The notes: generated by a model from the sequence alone, not told the origin. 64,000 nucleotides of DNA from Catajapyx aquilonaris (GCA_000934665.2 KZ537979.1:1-64000), one strand, 5' to 3'; counted from the first letter of the stretch, positions 35,723-51,451 are shown. Numbers and translations are program-made.

Positions 35723-38700
35723 TTTGCCCCTGGGTGATGAACAGCCTGTAGCAAAGAGAAAGGAAAGGAATGATTACGTCACTGCCATTTGTTTCCAGAC
35801 TGGCTATACGACTACGCCATCTTGGTTCAATGTTTCGCGTCCCCTCGGCGTCTTCATTAGTATTATAGCCTACAATCTTCCCAAGTTTCCCCTGGGTTGA
35901 GCCGGAGAATAGTGAATGACGACTGATGCTTCATCTCCTGCTACCTTTTCATTCTTTCCTCACTTAATAAAACGCTAGCTTGACAAGATGAATTTATGAG
36001 CAATCTTTAAGCCTGTCGAGAAAATGAGCTAACGTAGAACGTCACGTTTTAAGGAAGACTTTTTCTTAAAACTGGAGCACTCTCGGGGTTGAACCCACGA
36101 TGCAGATGAAGCTTTAGTTTAAAACATGGTGCAGTAGGCTGAACGTTGGCCAAGGCCCGGATTCGCAACAAGCCGAACTATCTCCTAATTATACTTGGAC
36201 GACTGCGTGGAGGCCAATCAACACACACATCTACAGGTTGCGATGCTGGAAATTGGTGCTCGGGGGGCAGGGTTGCTCATTTTGGCATCGGCTGGAATTA
36301 GCTAATGGACAAAAGCACCGGCACAAGGAACAACGGAGAAAGGTAAAGTGGATATTTGGGGCTCGCCAGAAACATACACAGCTGTACAAACGCCCTCTCC
36401 TAGGAGATTCTGGGAAATCCGGGAAACCTCCATTGGAGCGAATAATTCCACCCCGGCGTAAGCGTCCTTATCTCCTTATCTGCTTGGCTAATTCCAGTCG
36501 GTCACCTTTCTGGAGTGGCCACTAAGGAAAAGGTGCTAGACTCTTATCTGGAAAATGGCAACGTTGCCCATCCCTGGCGGCCAAGAAGCGAACTTGTAGC
36601 TTGTCTGCAACATTACGGGAGACGTAGTACAGCACGGATCAGATGGCCTGGCATGATCCGCCATATCAACGAATGTACCAAGGGGGGTGGAGACGCTCTT
36701 TTCGAGACGTACGGCTCCCAGGCGACTTCTTCTCAAGGAAGGCATCCGGACGCTCAGGTCTGCCATTCACCCCATTTATTTTCCCGGGGTTATCGGGGAG
36801 AACTCCCGATGGACCTCTTCGGAATTCCACATAAATGGTAATGCGGTTACACTGATTTCGCTACTAATTCCAGGTTGGATTTAATAGTCACGACGAGTTG
36901 CAAACTAAGTTTCGGGAAATCTTAATTTCTGAATAAAATGCATTCTGGAAGGAGGGAGCTTTGTGTCAGATATCCAAAAAGAGGGTGGTGGGTTTACACG
37001 TATTTGGCGACATTCTACGAAAAGGGCGTCGCCCCTTTTCCATTCATTAAGGTTCGGCTGATGGGAAATTCAATTATTGCAAACCTTTTAGCATTACAGC
37101 ATGTGTCTACAGCGGGACAGTCTTGGATTTTTGGGGGGAGAAATTTTCAGCTGGATGTGGCTCTAGTATTGTTGAGTGGATGGATGACCCACCCCACTGT
37201 GCACAGGGGTGGTCAACAGAAAATCATGTTCACTCTTTCGGAGGCAGCAGCCGAGCGACATGCCATGCATACAGCGGACACATATAAATAGGCTGTGCGT
37301 GTGAGCTTGAAGCAATAAATATGAACCTGGTCGGTGTCCTTTATGGCAGTTGCAGGGCTGCGAATTGCAATGTACCCCCCCAGCCCCACCCCAAGCTCAC
37401 ACCCCTTCTAAAACCGGAGGAATATATATGAAAGGATGCGAGCAGGACCACAATAATAATAAATGAAAATCCTAGGAAGACTGCAAGTTGCAAAGCAATT
37501 TTCGTGAAATATGGCTACAAATTATATATTCTTCCCTCACACAACAGCCTGCTGGCAATTTACTGCCAGAAACGCTGTAAGCATGCATCTGCTTTGTCTT
37601 TCCCATACTAATGTTAGGAGTATCTTTTGATTAAAGTTTTCCCGGCCGAAGGAAGGTGGTGCTCTATTCTTCCCTTAGTCCCCCAGCAGCGTTGCTTGAA
37701 ATTTAGGGGACCAGTAATAACGCAGGATAGTGTTGCAGACCCCGCAACGCGACGTCCAATAAGCGATGTAGCAAGTAACACGTCACGTCCCCTTTACAGC
37801 TTCAAGGTGCAGGCCTCGGAACAATGGTTTAAAGAGAATGCTGGACTGGTGCAACTTATCAGTCCAAGAAACAGGGGTTGGTGAAATCAAGCATGGTGTA
37901 CGGCTTCATCCTGCGGACGACAGCTGGGGGCATAAAATGTCTCAAGTGCAGGTCGGTAATAGTCAGGGAGTACAGCCGGACATTAATGTCTATTAGAGCG
38001 GCCAGCGCCGAGTTGACACCGGACACAAATTGGCCGCAAGAGACAGGATGGATGGCTCTTAATCATCACTTGGCTGGACCCAGGCTCTTTGACCCAGGGA
38101 TACAAACAGGCCGTCATGTCGGGCAATCTCCCGCTTCGTTACGACTTCAAGTCTTGTGGACTCTCCGGCTGCAGCTTTGCCAAACAACATTCCCGCGCCT
38201 AGTTTCATTTATGGACTCTTTATACCCCACACCTGACGTAATTGTTGACTCGGTGCGGGCATAATGCAGAGGGCAGCATTTTCGCTGGGTTGAATTCGGA
38301 TTGAGTAGTGATGTTTGCACGCCCAGGCGACACAGTAAAAATGGTTCACGTTTGAGTACCGGGCTTCATTAACGAACGGAAAGCGTTCAGATCTGAAGAA
38401 TCGACGGACCATTTGCAGATTACATTTTTTACACGACTCGTGTCATTTCAAAAGCGCCGTTCCAAAATTAATAGGATGCACAAACCGCTTTTGGGGTGTG
38501 TATTTGCGTGGACAGCACAACCTGTCATTACGTTTGAATACTCCATAGTGCATTTACACGGCCGAAAAAAAATATCAGTGGAGGGGGTGGTGGTAGTGGT
38601 ATGATCAGTAGGATGTACCCAGTTGGTGCAGAGAGGCGCAGAAAGTACTACCGGAGACGGTTTTACTTTCCATTACATTTTTGGGGCGAATCACAAAGTT

Positions 38701-41700
38701 GCCAGATCTTATATAACCCCAAGGGAAATTCCCCATTTCTGGCAAGTTTATGCACATCTCATTACGAATATCGGGAGGGTTCTATGCTTTCAGTGATGTC
38801 TTTTCTTCGGCGGGGGCTGCCACAAAGTTAACAGCATGGTTTTTTATGAGAGGGCTCCACCCGATATGTCCAAAGGGATGAACACGAATGCGCCACGGAG
38901 GGAATTTCCTTTTCCTTCCGGTCCCCCCCCCCCCCAAAAAAAAACCTCCAGGCCCCTCAAGCCAGGCAGAAGGCACAATAAGGCAGCCAAATGGAGAACG
39001 TGTGGCAAAACACTCAGTAATGGAAACTCCACCACAACCAACATCCCAGGCTTCAATTCGCAGGAAATCCGGACTGACAGCCATTGCTTAACCTGCTGAA
39101 TAGGCATCGACAACCTATTATCTCATTAACAAATCACACCCATTCGCACTTATCATTGCAGAAGACTAGACGCCATTTTGTTGCACTGGTAGAATGACAT
39201 TATTTTGGTTCCTTCAAATAAATATGTTGATTCTAAAGGACACTGGACACCAATTTGTCCATTATATTGTACGATCATAAGACGGCGCATGCGTAGCTGG
39301 ACGGTATACAAGCGATTTTGTCTGAGGCAACAGTTTGTGCATTTAGGGTGACTGGGCTTTGAAATGAGACGGAAATTAGGGGCCCAAGTGAAACAATGCG
39401 ACGAGTCGTACATATCCTGTCACCGCAGCGCCACGTTACACTACACAAATTGTACCAGATATTCTATCGATTGTCCATAAAGTTTACTACTCATTTCCGT
39501 CCGTTTTACAAAGCTTTCAATGCCATCATGCGCTCGTAACAATTTCCGCATCACACAGGATGAGCCAGACCCAGCACACACGTCCAAAAAAAATGCCGTA
39601 CCGCATTTCAACAACGAATTGCGACTCGAAGAGATTGAGACAATGAATGCAACGAGCTCGGTAATGGCCAAAGTGGAGGAAGAAAAAGAATTAGCCTCGG
39701 AGAGGCCCAGAAAATCCCACAATCTTGCGCAATCATACATCTAAGGCATAACGGCTTACCCTATGCTATTCCAGCATCTTAATAGATTTAAATGACCAAC
39801 TTTCTTGCCGCCTGGGAGGGCTTTTTAATGAAAATGTGCGAGACACTCGTTGACTTATAGACGGAAAAAGGGGGAGGCCCAGTCGAAAATTTTCCCGCAA
39901 CAATTTTACGCCGCAATCAAACAGCGTGGGGGCCTTCCCAGGTGTATTCGCCAACCTGAGAATGAATTAGCCTAATGGTGCAGAAGAGCTTCCTCGACTT
40001 ATAGTAAAGCACAAGTGCGGCCCCAACAACTTCAAAGAAATAAAATAGGCCTATATATCGATTTATCCGGAAAAAAGTCAATATCGAAGAAACCTATCCT
40101 TCAAATGCCAATCAAGAGCTAGCTTGGATCTAACCTGTGCAGATGAGACTGTCCTGATTGTCATTTCCCTCGCCTGATTTTCCCAGGCCCGCGCTCAAGC
40201 ACCTCTGATGAAAGAAATAAACCAGTCAACTTCAGACGCAAACGGCCTCTCGTTTTTTGATAGCCTTTTTTAAAACCCCTGTCGAGAACACTGTAGCTCT
40301 GCATCAAAATACGACGTCACCTCCATGTCGCATTTTTATGCCCGCCATTACACTGGTATATTTATACATCTATTTATTTTCAGAGCTATGGGAACAGAAT
40401 CGATCTCCTGTAGCTATGCAACGACAGGTCAGAGGTTCTGGCGACAACCACTGCGGATCAGTGTTGATGACTTGCTACTACTCCACAAACGCCATTATCC
40501 GCATTAACACTGCAGATGGTCGACTTTATGTAAGCCACGTACAGCATCCGGGATTTGAATACTTATGGCTCGATAGTTTCGACCAGAAAAGCATGATTAG
40601 GAGGTGAGGGTGGGAGGGAAGGGGATTCAGTGGACCCCCTCCCTTTGCTGCACCCTCTGGTTACTTCCATTCAGGCCACGGAGCAATCAATGCGGGAGTT
40701 GCTTGCTGATCTTGGCCATAGCCACAAAGAGCCTACACTCTCTATTATTCTCCTTCCACCAAACTGTAGGGGGATACAGCTGGGCCAATTCCCACGGAGG
40801 TAATTATTAGCAATCTGATGATAATCTCATGTATCGGTTCTGCAAGTCTGCAGATGCGGGAGCAATCATTGACAGGCCACCACCGGCGCTTGATTCAACT
40901 CAAGAATACAATTAACCAGAAGGGAAAATCAATTGATTAAACCAACTTGCACCATGTCGACTATTATTATCCGGGGCTATACAGGCGACCTCTTTCTTTT
41001 GCAATCCTTGGTTTGTATGGGTACAACTTGAATCAACATGACAGAGTGGGTGGTTGAGTGTAACAAGAGACTTAGCAGAACTTGCTGGATGGATCTCTAT
41101 ATCTACTGGTCATGTTTCAGCAAAAAATAGGGGGGCGTAGGCAGTAATATGCACAGAGTAATGTAATATGACGACTTGGAACAGTCCGTAAGACAAAATC
41201 CTGACCACGTACTGGGATATCCAATCAATGGATCATTGCGATAATCCAGTTCGCAGTCATAATTTTTTGCAAAAAAAACGGCACATTTGTAATTTTGCCG
41301 ACTTCCCATTTTTTGCATCAATTTTACTTTGGAAGACTCGGCCCACTTAATCCCATTTTCTGCTAATGAAGATTGCTAATTCCTTCTTTAATATTCAGGG
41401 ACAGTAACAGCAAGGTCTGTGCTCTTTCACTAATGTGGCTAGAGCTGCCAAGCAAAACCTCATTACGGCTTCTTAATTACTTTTGATAAGTGCGCACATT
41501 TCTCTAATCCGTTTACACATTTCGCGAATACATTCCATTGCTTCATAGACCATTTTATGCTCACTATTATTACAGCACGTCAGCTGAACGACAAATGTTC
41601 CGAAGTGGACGCCATTGCAGGTATAGCCTCACCTTCAAATTTTGGCAGGGAGTTACAAACTATTACTAGTGTGTATGCAATATATCCCTATATGAACATA

Positions 41701-44700
41701 ACCTGATTATTTCAGAACAGAATATTTCGTGTGACACCCCTCCCCCCCTATCTGTCTTTTATCCCTAATTAAGCTCCAGGGTTGGACTCACAAAGAGTCA
41801 TTATGCTAGATACATGGCAGAAGTTTTAGGTGACGTTATTTTGCAGCTCAGCCTATAGCAGTGCGCCCGGCCCGCTAACTTCTCAAAACCAGCACAAAGT
41901 TAGGCCGATCGGTACACCTCCTCGCGACCAGGTGTAAGTTCTCTAAGCCAGCAAACATGGCCGCTCGACTATCTGACCGGGCTAGGAAAAAGAAAAGAGC
42001 GCATGTGGCTTGCGGTTGGGTGTGAGCTGCAACCTGCAGTACTGTACATGCAGTATAGGGTAAGTTGAAAGTAGGTAACGTAACACCATTTTTTTTGCGC
42101 ATCTTGGCTGATTTTGGTTAGAGGCAACGATGCCACATCCAATAACGTTGCTAGTGAAAAGGGTCGCCTCTGACATTTCTATGGCATTCACGTCTGGGAA
42201 ATAAGCCCCCTTTTATTCCGATAGGTAAATCCCACCCACCCTACCGCAAGATCATTTTCGTCTCCTGATAGAGAAACTGGTTAACGAGATCATGTTCTTA
42301 TACATCCTAATTTCAAAAGACCAAAAAGTAATCCTAGATTCATCCCATTCATTTTGTTTAATTTGAAGTAGGAGTTTTTAGTAGGAGTTTTACCTTGTCT
42401 TTTGAGCGTAGAGAAGACATGTCTTTTGTGTCACATGCTGTGCCAAGTGGTGTGAGTGGGTAGGTATAGGTAGGTAGGTGGGTGTGTGAATGGTGTGGTG
42501 GTGGGTTTGGTGTGGAGGGTGGGCTTTGGGCTGGTCCAGTGGAGCGGCCGACCATTTACGTGGAAATCTTTGGCGAAACGATGAGGGACGACACCCCATT
42601 CCGGACGGACATTAATCTTGCGCTTAATGGGAGCGTTCGGAGCCTGTTGGGACGTAATGTGAGCGTTCGACCATTACCCGCAGTTTTCAGCCAATTTTCC
42701 AAGCAACGGTGGCGCTCCGGACCCTGCATGGTCACTGATAAAACACCCGGGGCTCCTCCGCAGCCAATACCTAACATGGCACTCTTTACCGCCTCGTTGC
42801 CTTGCCTAGTTATCTACCAATTACACCACACTGCCCCCCTCCCCTTACTTGCCGGAGTTCCGGTAGAAATTGAATGGCACCCATCAAGAGCTCTCTTCCT
42901 TTCCACCTCTTATCGCAAACCAACCTGGGATGGGACACTTGACACTCTTCACCTCTTGGAGGCGGACTGCCCCCCCGGAAAACTTTCGTATCCGGGAAGA
43001 GAAGGGACAAAATGACCTAGTCAGGGAATGAAAATGACACTCACGTCTCTCCATTAAATCTCAATATTTGTCCAGGCCACTGAGCAATATTCTTTCAAAT
43101 TGTGTCGCACCCATTCATAGGCGGCGCAATGCCATCCGTGTATGCAAGTACTGATAGCCGAATGGGACTCGTACTCTGCAGCGAATGTGCAGTAATTTTT
43201 AATCATAGGTTAAATTTAAATGAAGCATCTCCAAGGGTTTGAACCCCAAAGCTGCATTATGCAGAGGGACATAAAATTCATCAAGATTAATTTCAGAAAG
43301 AAATTGTCATCATTAATGATTAAAATCCGCTCCCGTGACATGGGTGCACCGGAGTTTGTGGGGGCACTTGGAATGGTTGAACTGAAATTATTCCAATGCA
43401 CAGCATAAAAGATACAAAAGTAGAAGTTTAATTTGAAATTTCTTGGAACAGGCAAAGTTCCTAGCATATTGTTGAAAAAGAGAAGGCAGGCAATTGACGT
43501 CTGGCCAACTTCCTTAGAAGGCTGACCAAGTGACGCAAGCCCGGGCGACGACACTAGCTCTTCTTCCCCGAAAAGCCCCCCTATTCAATTAATGACCGCC
43601 TTCCTTTTTCTATATGCTCGGCGGACGCATTACCACTAACGGGAACAGCCCTTTCATTCTTTGCATAATAAAGATGTGGCTCATGAAATTTTCACTTGGA
43701 CCTTTTCAGAGCTCGTCGCACGTAGCATACTGAAAATGCTGGTTGCATGACTCTGATGCTGTCCGCTGTACATAGCTGGTATACCATTGCTTCCTGTGAG
43801 GGAAAACTGCCTACATGACAGTGCTACTCGACAAGTTATTAATGAATGCAACTGACAACAGGACAGTGTCACAATATCCTGTAGCACGTTTTGTTTCCAC
43901 CCAGTAACAACTATAGCATTCTAGGGTCCTGGGCATGCCTGAAAAACATGAGAATTTAATAGCCTTCTTGACCAGTATAATAGAGTATCCGGAGTACATG
44001 AAGTGCACGTAGTCCCAAGATACGTCCTAAGCAGGTACCTGCCCCAGAAGTCAAGGGTTCAACAGCTGAGGGCTGTTGTGAGGTTGTAGCAAACTCTAAT
44101 TGGTCTGTTATTAGATAAGTAGGGGCGACTAGTTAGAGCTCGGCGCCTTCAAGTGCACTACACCACCTTCATATAAAGCAGCACTTTGTGCTGTCGCATA
44201 CTAGTTTATCATCCATAAAGTGCCTGAGTAATTCATCCCAAGCCCTGTACACAGTGCAAGGGTCTCTCCTAAATCACCGAATAGAAAGTTTCTCAGAATC
44301 TGCGCAAAATAAGGCGGATACCCGAGTAAACCATGGAGCTTACCGCCTTACAAACTTCGCATGCATGAAGTTTACACCCCTTGCAATACCATTAAGCTTT
44401 GGAGACGGCTCTCAAGTATCCTGTAAAACCAAGTAATAGGTTTGCGCAATTCTTCTCCCAGAATAACAACTAGAGCCGGATTAATTATGAAACCCAGAAA
44501 TGTTCATGGCCCAATAGCCAAGACCCCAAAGATCCCCGTCTACCACACCAGTATAGCCTTACCTAGGGAAGATTTTCCCTACCCCCTCTTTATTGGGGCC
44601 AATAAACAGCAAAACCCTCAGGCATTTCCAAGCGACGTGACAGGGACAAGGCTCTCGATAAAGCACGTCTCCAACTTGCATGACCATTGACGCTCCCACC

Positions 44701-47700
44701 CACCCACCACCTACTGCATGTTACATTGACGCGCCTCTCATTCCGTAGCCAACGCATTGCTCCAGAGGGACCCACTTGGCAACTGTGGACCTCATGCGCA
44801 CTCCCCATCCGTCATTACTTCCAGTGTAATGCGCCCACATTATATATTTTCATAACCACCTTTCCCAACCCCCAAAAAATCACAGGGTAAAATTCGCTGC
44901 GACCAGAGTTATACACTCTAGGCTTTTCATCAGGAACACAGAAAGTGCTGCCCATTCATTTATTCATTCCTTCTTTCATTGGTTCAGACCCAGTTCGTAA
45001 GGGCTTACATTTATACTGCCTTCCGGTGTGTAAGTAATACGCTTCACTTGTTTCGTTGCCAGAAAATCATGCAGAAAACTCAATGCAGCGTGGAAGCAGT
45101 CGAGTCCATATATTGCCGCAGTTTCACAGGACTCAAGATTTCGACTAACGATGTCGGTCGTGCTCTCCATGTACACTGTAGACTATTTCTTGACTGCACT
45201 CGGCAGGAGGAAAATGGATGAAGAAGCAAGGATAATGAGATTTTCCCTCGGGATTGCCGAGGTAAAGTTGTCACCTTGGAATGTCTATTACTTAATTTGC
45301 TTGAAGGAATACTGGAAAACTAGATCAAGGACCGAGTCGCTGCGGCATACTAAAAGTGGCAAAATAATTTACGTCTGTGGAGATCATGCGGCTAAAAACT
45401 TGACGGGATGTTCCGCCACCTGCTACAAGCTATACGACATCAATGCCGCGTTAATTACACGACCATGCTGCACACACTGTCAAAGAAATGCGCGATTGAA
45501 ATTTTGGCCAACCTGTCCTTCCATGCCGCCATGTGAATCCGATCTGGCAACTACGAAGAGCATATCATTATTTCTTCCTCTCCGTCGGGTGCAGTAGATG
45601 AATAGTGGGTTCTGCCAAGTTCACTCTCCAAAGAACAAAAATAAAAAAAATGGCCAGACTAGAATTCCACAAGACCTTACTGTCACTTAGAGACCAATTC
45701 CCTTCATGAATGATGCAGGCAACGTCACGCCGAACCTACGCGACAGTCGTACACGCCTAGGCTACTCTCGCAGGGCCGAAAGAAATCCAAGCCTCACGCG
45801 GCCGGCCATAAATTAAGGGGCCCTGAGCTGCAACGACAAGGACCGAGTGTACTGTGGGGTACATCGACAGCTTCATAGTTGTTCCCTGGCCGACAACAGA
45901 CCCATTACTCGTAATCGATGCCCATCTGGAGTGAGAGGGAGAGACAACTACAGTACTACCAGCTACAATCTAGCTACTGACAAGAAAGGCCTTGTCACTT
46001 GAGGCTCCACACTCGATTAGACGTGTTTCGGTGGCCTATCAGGTACTGTACACAATGACAGTTGGGATTGTGCTGAATGTCTGTAGTGAAACTCCTAAGA
46101 AGCTTGGTTTCCCTGATTATTGAAAATGGTGGTCTCTTTTGTACTTGGGAAAAGGCGAAGAGGTCAGGGTAACATTTAGCACCCAAGACACTATAGAAGG
46201 TGAAGCATTTCAGGACTCAAAGGCGAGGATAGAGTGTTCCAAAATTGCGACCTTATAGGACTCGTGCATGCATACAGTCGGTATTGTGGCAACTTTGGGA
46301 AGAATAGCACGTTTTTTTGTACTTCTTTCAGGACAATCGAAGTAAGATATATGCAAATAGTGACCAAATTTGGCGTTATTATGCGTATTGCAGTATAGCC
46401 CTATGTGATGCAAACCACTCTAACTTTCAGAGGAGAGATTATAATATTAACTCACCCATACTACAGAGACTGGTAAGGAACATCGTGTGGCTCCGTCTGC
46501 GAAAGAAAAAAAACAAAAATAAGTCTTGCATTGTGTACATCTTTACGCACAGTATGAGGCAATGACATTCCAGGATAATTTCCAAAAATAATACCACTAA
46601 ACTACAAGCTAGTATACAATTTCGCATTCACATAATAATTCCCAGCCACTATTTAATATGATGTCCTTGTAATACAAGTATGTGTATTTTTCCTTCGGGT
46701 AATAATGGCTAGGCAAGAATTACCCAGAAAGATATTAACGCGACAACCCAACCCGGCCCAGTAGCAAATAACCACTTTGACCACTTTGGACTGCGAGGAA
46801 AAACGTCACACCTTTTCCTCTGCTATGACGCAACCCGAAAATGTGATTGATTCGAGATGGCATGAATTTTTACTTCTTTTGGGGTGGTTTTGGGTCGTAA
46901 TCACTGCACTTTATTTCTATACATTTTCATTTGAGTCAATAACATAATTATGTGCAAGTTTGGCAAATATTTTTTATTGTAATTCATCAAAAGCGAAAGT
47001 TGGCAATATTTTGCGTAATGTATTGACCTGTATTTGTTAATTAGCTTGAGTCTCCGTCATCGCTGTTTACATATAGAAATATTTATGACGACATGTTTAT
47101 GTGAAGATGATTTTATTACAATTTCGCCTACACAGCCCTATCATGTCGAACCATTAAGAAGAAAGAAGGAAAATTTGAGCCCTCCTGTGCATTAATTTTA
47201 AAATCTAATCAAAGCAACACATAACTGGGTATTAACACTGCATGACACAAGTAAATACTGAACAAATAATAGTGTTCTAATTAAAATGTCCGCACCAAGC
47301 TGCTTATTTTAAACAATTACTTTGGAAAAGCTACTTTAACAGGTAATGGAAAATAATTATTTTGCTGCTACTGAAGGCCCATTCAATCTAATACTACCAG
47401 CTAATAAGCGTATACTGATAACCACTAAAAGTAACTCCTTAGATCCATTGAATCGCTAACCCCCGCCGCCCTTTCAATTGCAACACACTGCAATAAACAG
47501 GACAACATGGCACCAAGAGAACTCTCTAGCTGGAAAACCTTCACGACCGAGCTAGAATAACCCTCTAGGCCTACATAAAAGCACTAGCAACCTGATGATA
47601 ATTATACAGTATAGTAATACAGCTACACATAAGCGGATACTACACGGTAAACCACACCCAATTTGACATAGGTCTGTCTGACCCCAGAGGGTAGGCAAAC

Positions 47701-47717
47701 GTCAACGTCTGTGTCTC

Positions 47718-47788
47718 ATTTTCGAGATGAATAAGCCCATCCCGGTGACAGTGACTGTCAACGAAATAGGCTTATTCATCTCGGAAAT
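47718..47788. other. 71-nt near-perfect hairpin
   Basis: CGAGATGAATAAGCC / GGCTTATTCATCTCG perfect 15 bp, plus inner TGACAG / CTGTCA stem. Confidence 0.5.
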
Positions 47789-50553
47789 CTCATAGGTAAA
47801 ATGTTCTGGCCACATGTTGGTTCCCGTGGTACTCTTGCGGTAATATAATTGCTTCTCTCCCCGCCTCCAAGCGAAAAAGTATACATCGTGATGCCATTCG
47901 GACAGTAAATACAGGTCCCTCATCACTTGGCCAGGATGGTCCCTAAACACGTTAACTTTCCATTCACATACTCATGCTGAACAAAGTGGTGAAATTCCTC
48001 GTAAATTCCTGTCATTTACGACCAGCAGCGGTATTCGTGTGGACAGTTATGCCGATGTAAATGTGCGCGCATTCCTACAAGCACATTTTTACCATCGTTT
48101 TACTTGCGTGAATTGCTTGCGCCAAAATCCAATCAAATTAGTACAGCAGAAAATCAGATTCACTGAGGCTCTGACCATACATTTACGGGGGCAACTAACT
48201 GACATGCCTGAAACCCCAACCTGGGTTACCCACGACCTTCCAACTTTGACGCCGCACAATGAAATTAACCACAATTTAGTGCTCTTTCAGTCAGAAAGGT
48301 TTGTGACGTTATCATATGCAAGTACTGCTCGACACAACCTTGGTGACATATTTGGCCAATTTGAGGCTGATTTTTCCTAATGATGTTCTATGAAGCAGGA
48401 GGAAATTGTGGTGGTACACGACGTAGAAAAACTGCCGCAAGCTGGTGTGTGCCACATGGCCAGAAAATTATCGAGTTATCCATCGGAAGGAAATAATTGG
48501 AAATTATTCGTTTCTCCCTCTGGGAAACCGCGAAAATCGAGTGCGCTCCTTCCTTGCGGCATTCATATGCATCGATATGCACAAGATTTGATGGAGTCAT
48601 CTTTTTTTTCCGCTCCTCCATTCGGCCCTCTTCTATACCCTACAGCAGAAGTGATCGATTTCAACGGAGGATGCTGGTTAAGTTGTCCATACTTGCAAGC
48701 ATCAACAGACCAGCTAGAAGAAAAAGGTCCAGAGAGCACGTTTCGCAGCGCAGTAATTATTCTGAACCCAACGAGCGAAACCCAAATGTCACCCGTTAAC
48801 AACCCCAAAAGCATTTGGGGATTGTGTCCGGATCAGTTGCCCGTGTAATCCGACATGAAATGACACCGTTAGTTGTCAACTTGCGCCGCTAATCCATCGC
48901 TTTGTCAGATGGCGCGGCCGCTGCCATTCTATCTGTGCACTCTGGCCGGTCAAGGCATCAACAACAACAATGGTTGTTTGTTGCCGCCCTCGACACCGGC
49001 CCACACACTTTGTACTCGGCACGTTGCACCAAATAAATCCTGGCTAGGAAATATCTGAAATGAAACTTCTCGCCTGCCTGCAACACGCGGCAGCAGCAAA
49101 CCAACTTGCTAAGTGGTGTGGCAGTAAATTTCCAGAATTTTTAATCAAACCCTAACTGCTGTAGCGCCCAAACTTGTACTTTGAGGGTGTACTTACTCTC
49201 CCAGCCTCCTACGGTCGTGGTGTATCAGTACCAACGTATACGCGCCACTACATATAAACGAGCAACTTGAAGAAAAATCATTTCTGCTGGGCCCCTTGGA
49301 AGGTTTTCTTGGTCGGATAAGAAGTGATGACAAAGTTCTGGGCCTGGAGGATGAGATACGACTTCATATGCTCGTTTTGCCCTTCCTATCTGTACTGTCC
49401 ACAAAAGTTTTGCCAGCCATTAGTCAAGTGCTGCTTCTTACACGTATAAACTGGAATGGGCATGCAATTGACAACAATGCAATGAAGCTTGAATAGCCCC
49501 ATTTGCAACAGGCCCAACGCATTTAAAATTGAGATGGCGTGAGTGTAAATGTAAAACCCTTCCGCATTCTGATCGAAGTGGCAATGACACATAACGCAGA
49601 GTGTCCACTGACTGTATAATCCCGAGGGTGGCATCACTCGGCATTCAATCGTCTCCCAACAACGAGCGGGTGACTAGCCCATGCACGTACGTACCAATCT
49701 GATGTCAGTGGCTCGTACGAGGCATCACCTACCTCGGCGAACATTACGAGCTGATGTTAATTGATTGTGACTAGTGTTTTGCGCAAATAAATGCGCCCCC
49801 CAAGCGCTGAGGATGTCACCATTGTCGCCGTGCTGCAAAGCCACTCATTAGGGAGCGGGCTGGCTCGTTGCCCTGCCTTTCACATCTCGGTTTCAGAGTC
49901 AATAGCCGATCAAGTGATGGATGGGCACCGTTACCAACGACGTGAATTGGCACGGAACAATGTGGCGTAAACCAAATTGCACGATTCTGTTGGCGCAAGA
50001 AGTCGGCCTGCATAATTTTCCGCCATGTTCGGCACAAGGCCTAAGTTGAAACACGCCAAATATCATCTAGGAATGCTGGCAAGCTTATCTATAATGCAGA
50101 TTGTGCATACTACACATTTCAGTGGAGGCTACAGGATGTAACCGCATGATATTAATTGAAAGGATAGCTACTGCAAAGCAATGACAGTACAATTATTAAT
50201 TCGGGGGTACTGACGACGTGCACTGTGAAGGCTAGAATTATCTCACCACAGCTAGGAGTGATAATACATATTTTTTGGGCCTGCCCTGCTATTAGGGAAA
50301 ATTCCGGCCACGAGGGTATGCATGCAACAATTTAAAAATAAATGGGGCACGATGATAAGGGGGCACCTCCACAACTGTATCCACCAGAGGTCTCCCCGGA
50401 TACCCAAAGCAACTCGGATCGAACACTGGCTTCGAATTAGCGCATAATAGCGCGCTTCTCATGTCATAATGTAAGGTCTCGAGCCAAATTATCTACCAGT
50501 TTCAGCCCGCTTTATCTCTGTACTTATTCAACACGTGTCCCCTCCCTGCATAC

Positions 50554-50578
50554 CACACACACACACACACACACACAC
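50554..50578. repeat. (CA)n microsatellite
   Basis: Perfect CA run. Confidence 0.9.
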
Positions 50579-51391
50579 GGTGAGCGCACACACAATACAG
50601 TAGTTCCATATGCATTACAAATACTGCAAGCAGACCGGCGGAAGTTTTATGCATGTCGAGATAACCGGTTCATTGCGGGCCATTGCTGTCATTTCCTCCA
50701 TGCTCATATGCAAACGCGGCTGGAATTAGCAGAGGTCAGTACTTCCTAAGATTGGTCAGCGACATACTGAATGCACCAGTGCTTCTTACATGCAGAGTAA
50801 GCTGCATGTAAAGTGTTGGATGTGGGAAAAGCAACTGCTATAGTAGGCAAAAGGGATCCATTTTCAGCAGAAACCAGAGTCATGCCTCTGTGCGTGGTAT
50901 ACATGGTCGGGGACTCCACCCGTGAGCACAAATAATCAAGTTATTATTACGATTTTTGCTCCGGGAGTGAGTTTGGCCAACTTTTGCATTGTTCATCGGG
51001 CCCGCACACTGTGGGTGCCATTTATACCCGAGCCTGAGTCGCTTCAAAATGTTCGTATCAGTTAAATATCCCAGTGGTTGGCGGGAAGGTTGGGAATAAC
51101 CAGTCAAGTTCGAAATACTGTGGCACACAACAATGTGGTTATGATAATTTATTCATGTCATTCTGGCACTGTAATGTGCCTAGGATAATGAACGGCATTT
51201 ACATAATCTATCTGGCCACGGTTTCCCATTTAAAGTTGCGAATTCATTTTACATTAGGCGCCATGTTCTTTGAATCCCACTCACAGGTTACAACCGACTC
51301 TGATGATATTCTCATAGCCTACGTCTAGAACCGGCATGTTGACACATACTTGCTCCGAAGCCATTGACCTCTCATACTGTTCATGAACTTG

Positions 51392-51450
<59 letters not shown>
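51392..51450. repeat. (ATT)n microsatellite, ~20 units
   Basis: Perfect trinucleotide run. Confidence 0.95.
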
Positions 51451-51451
<1 letters not shown>

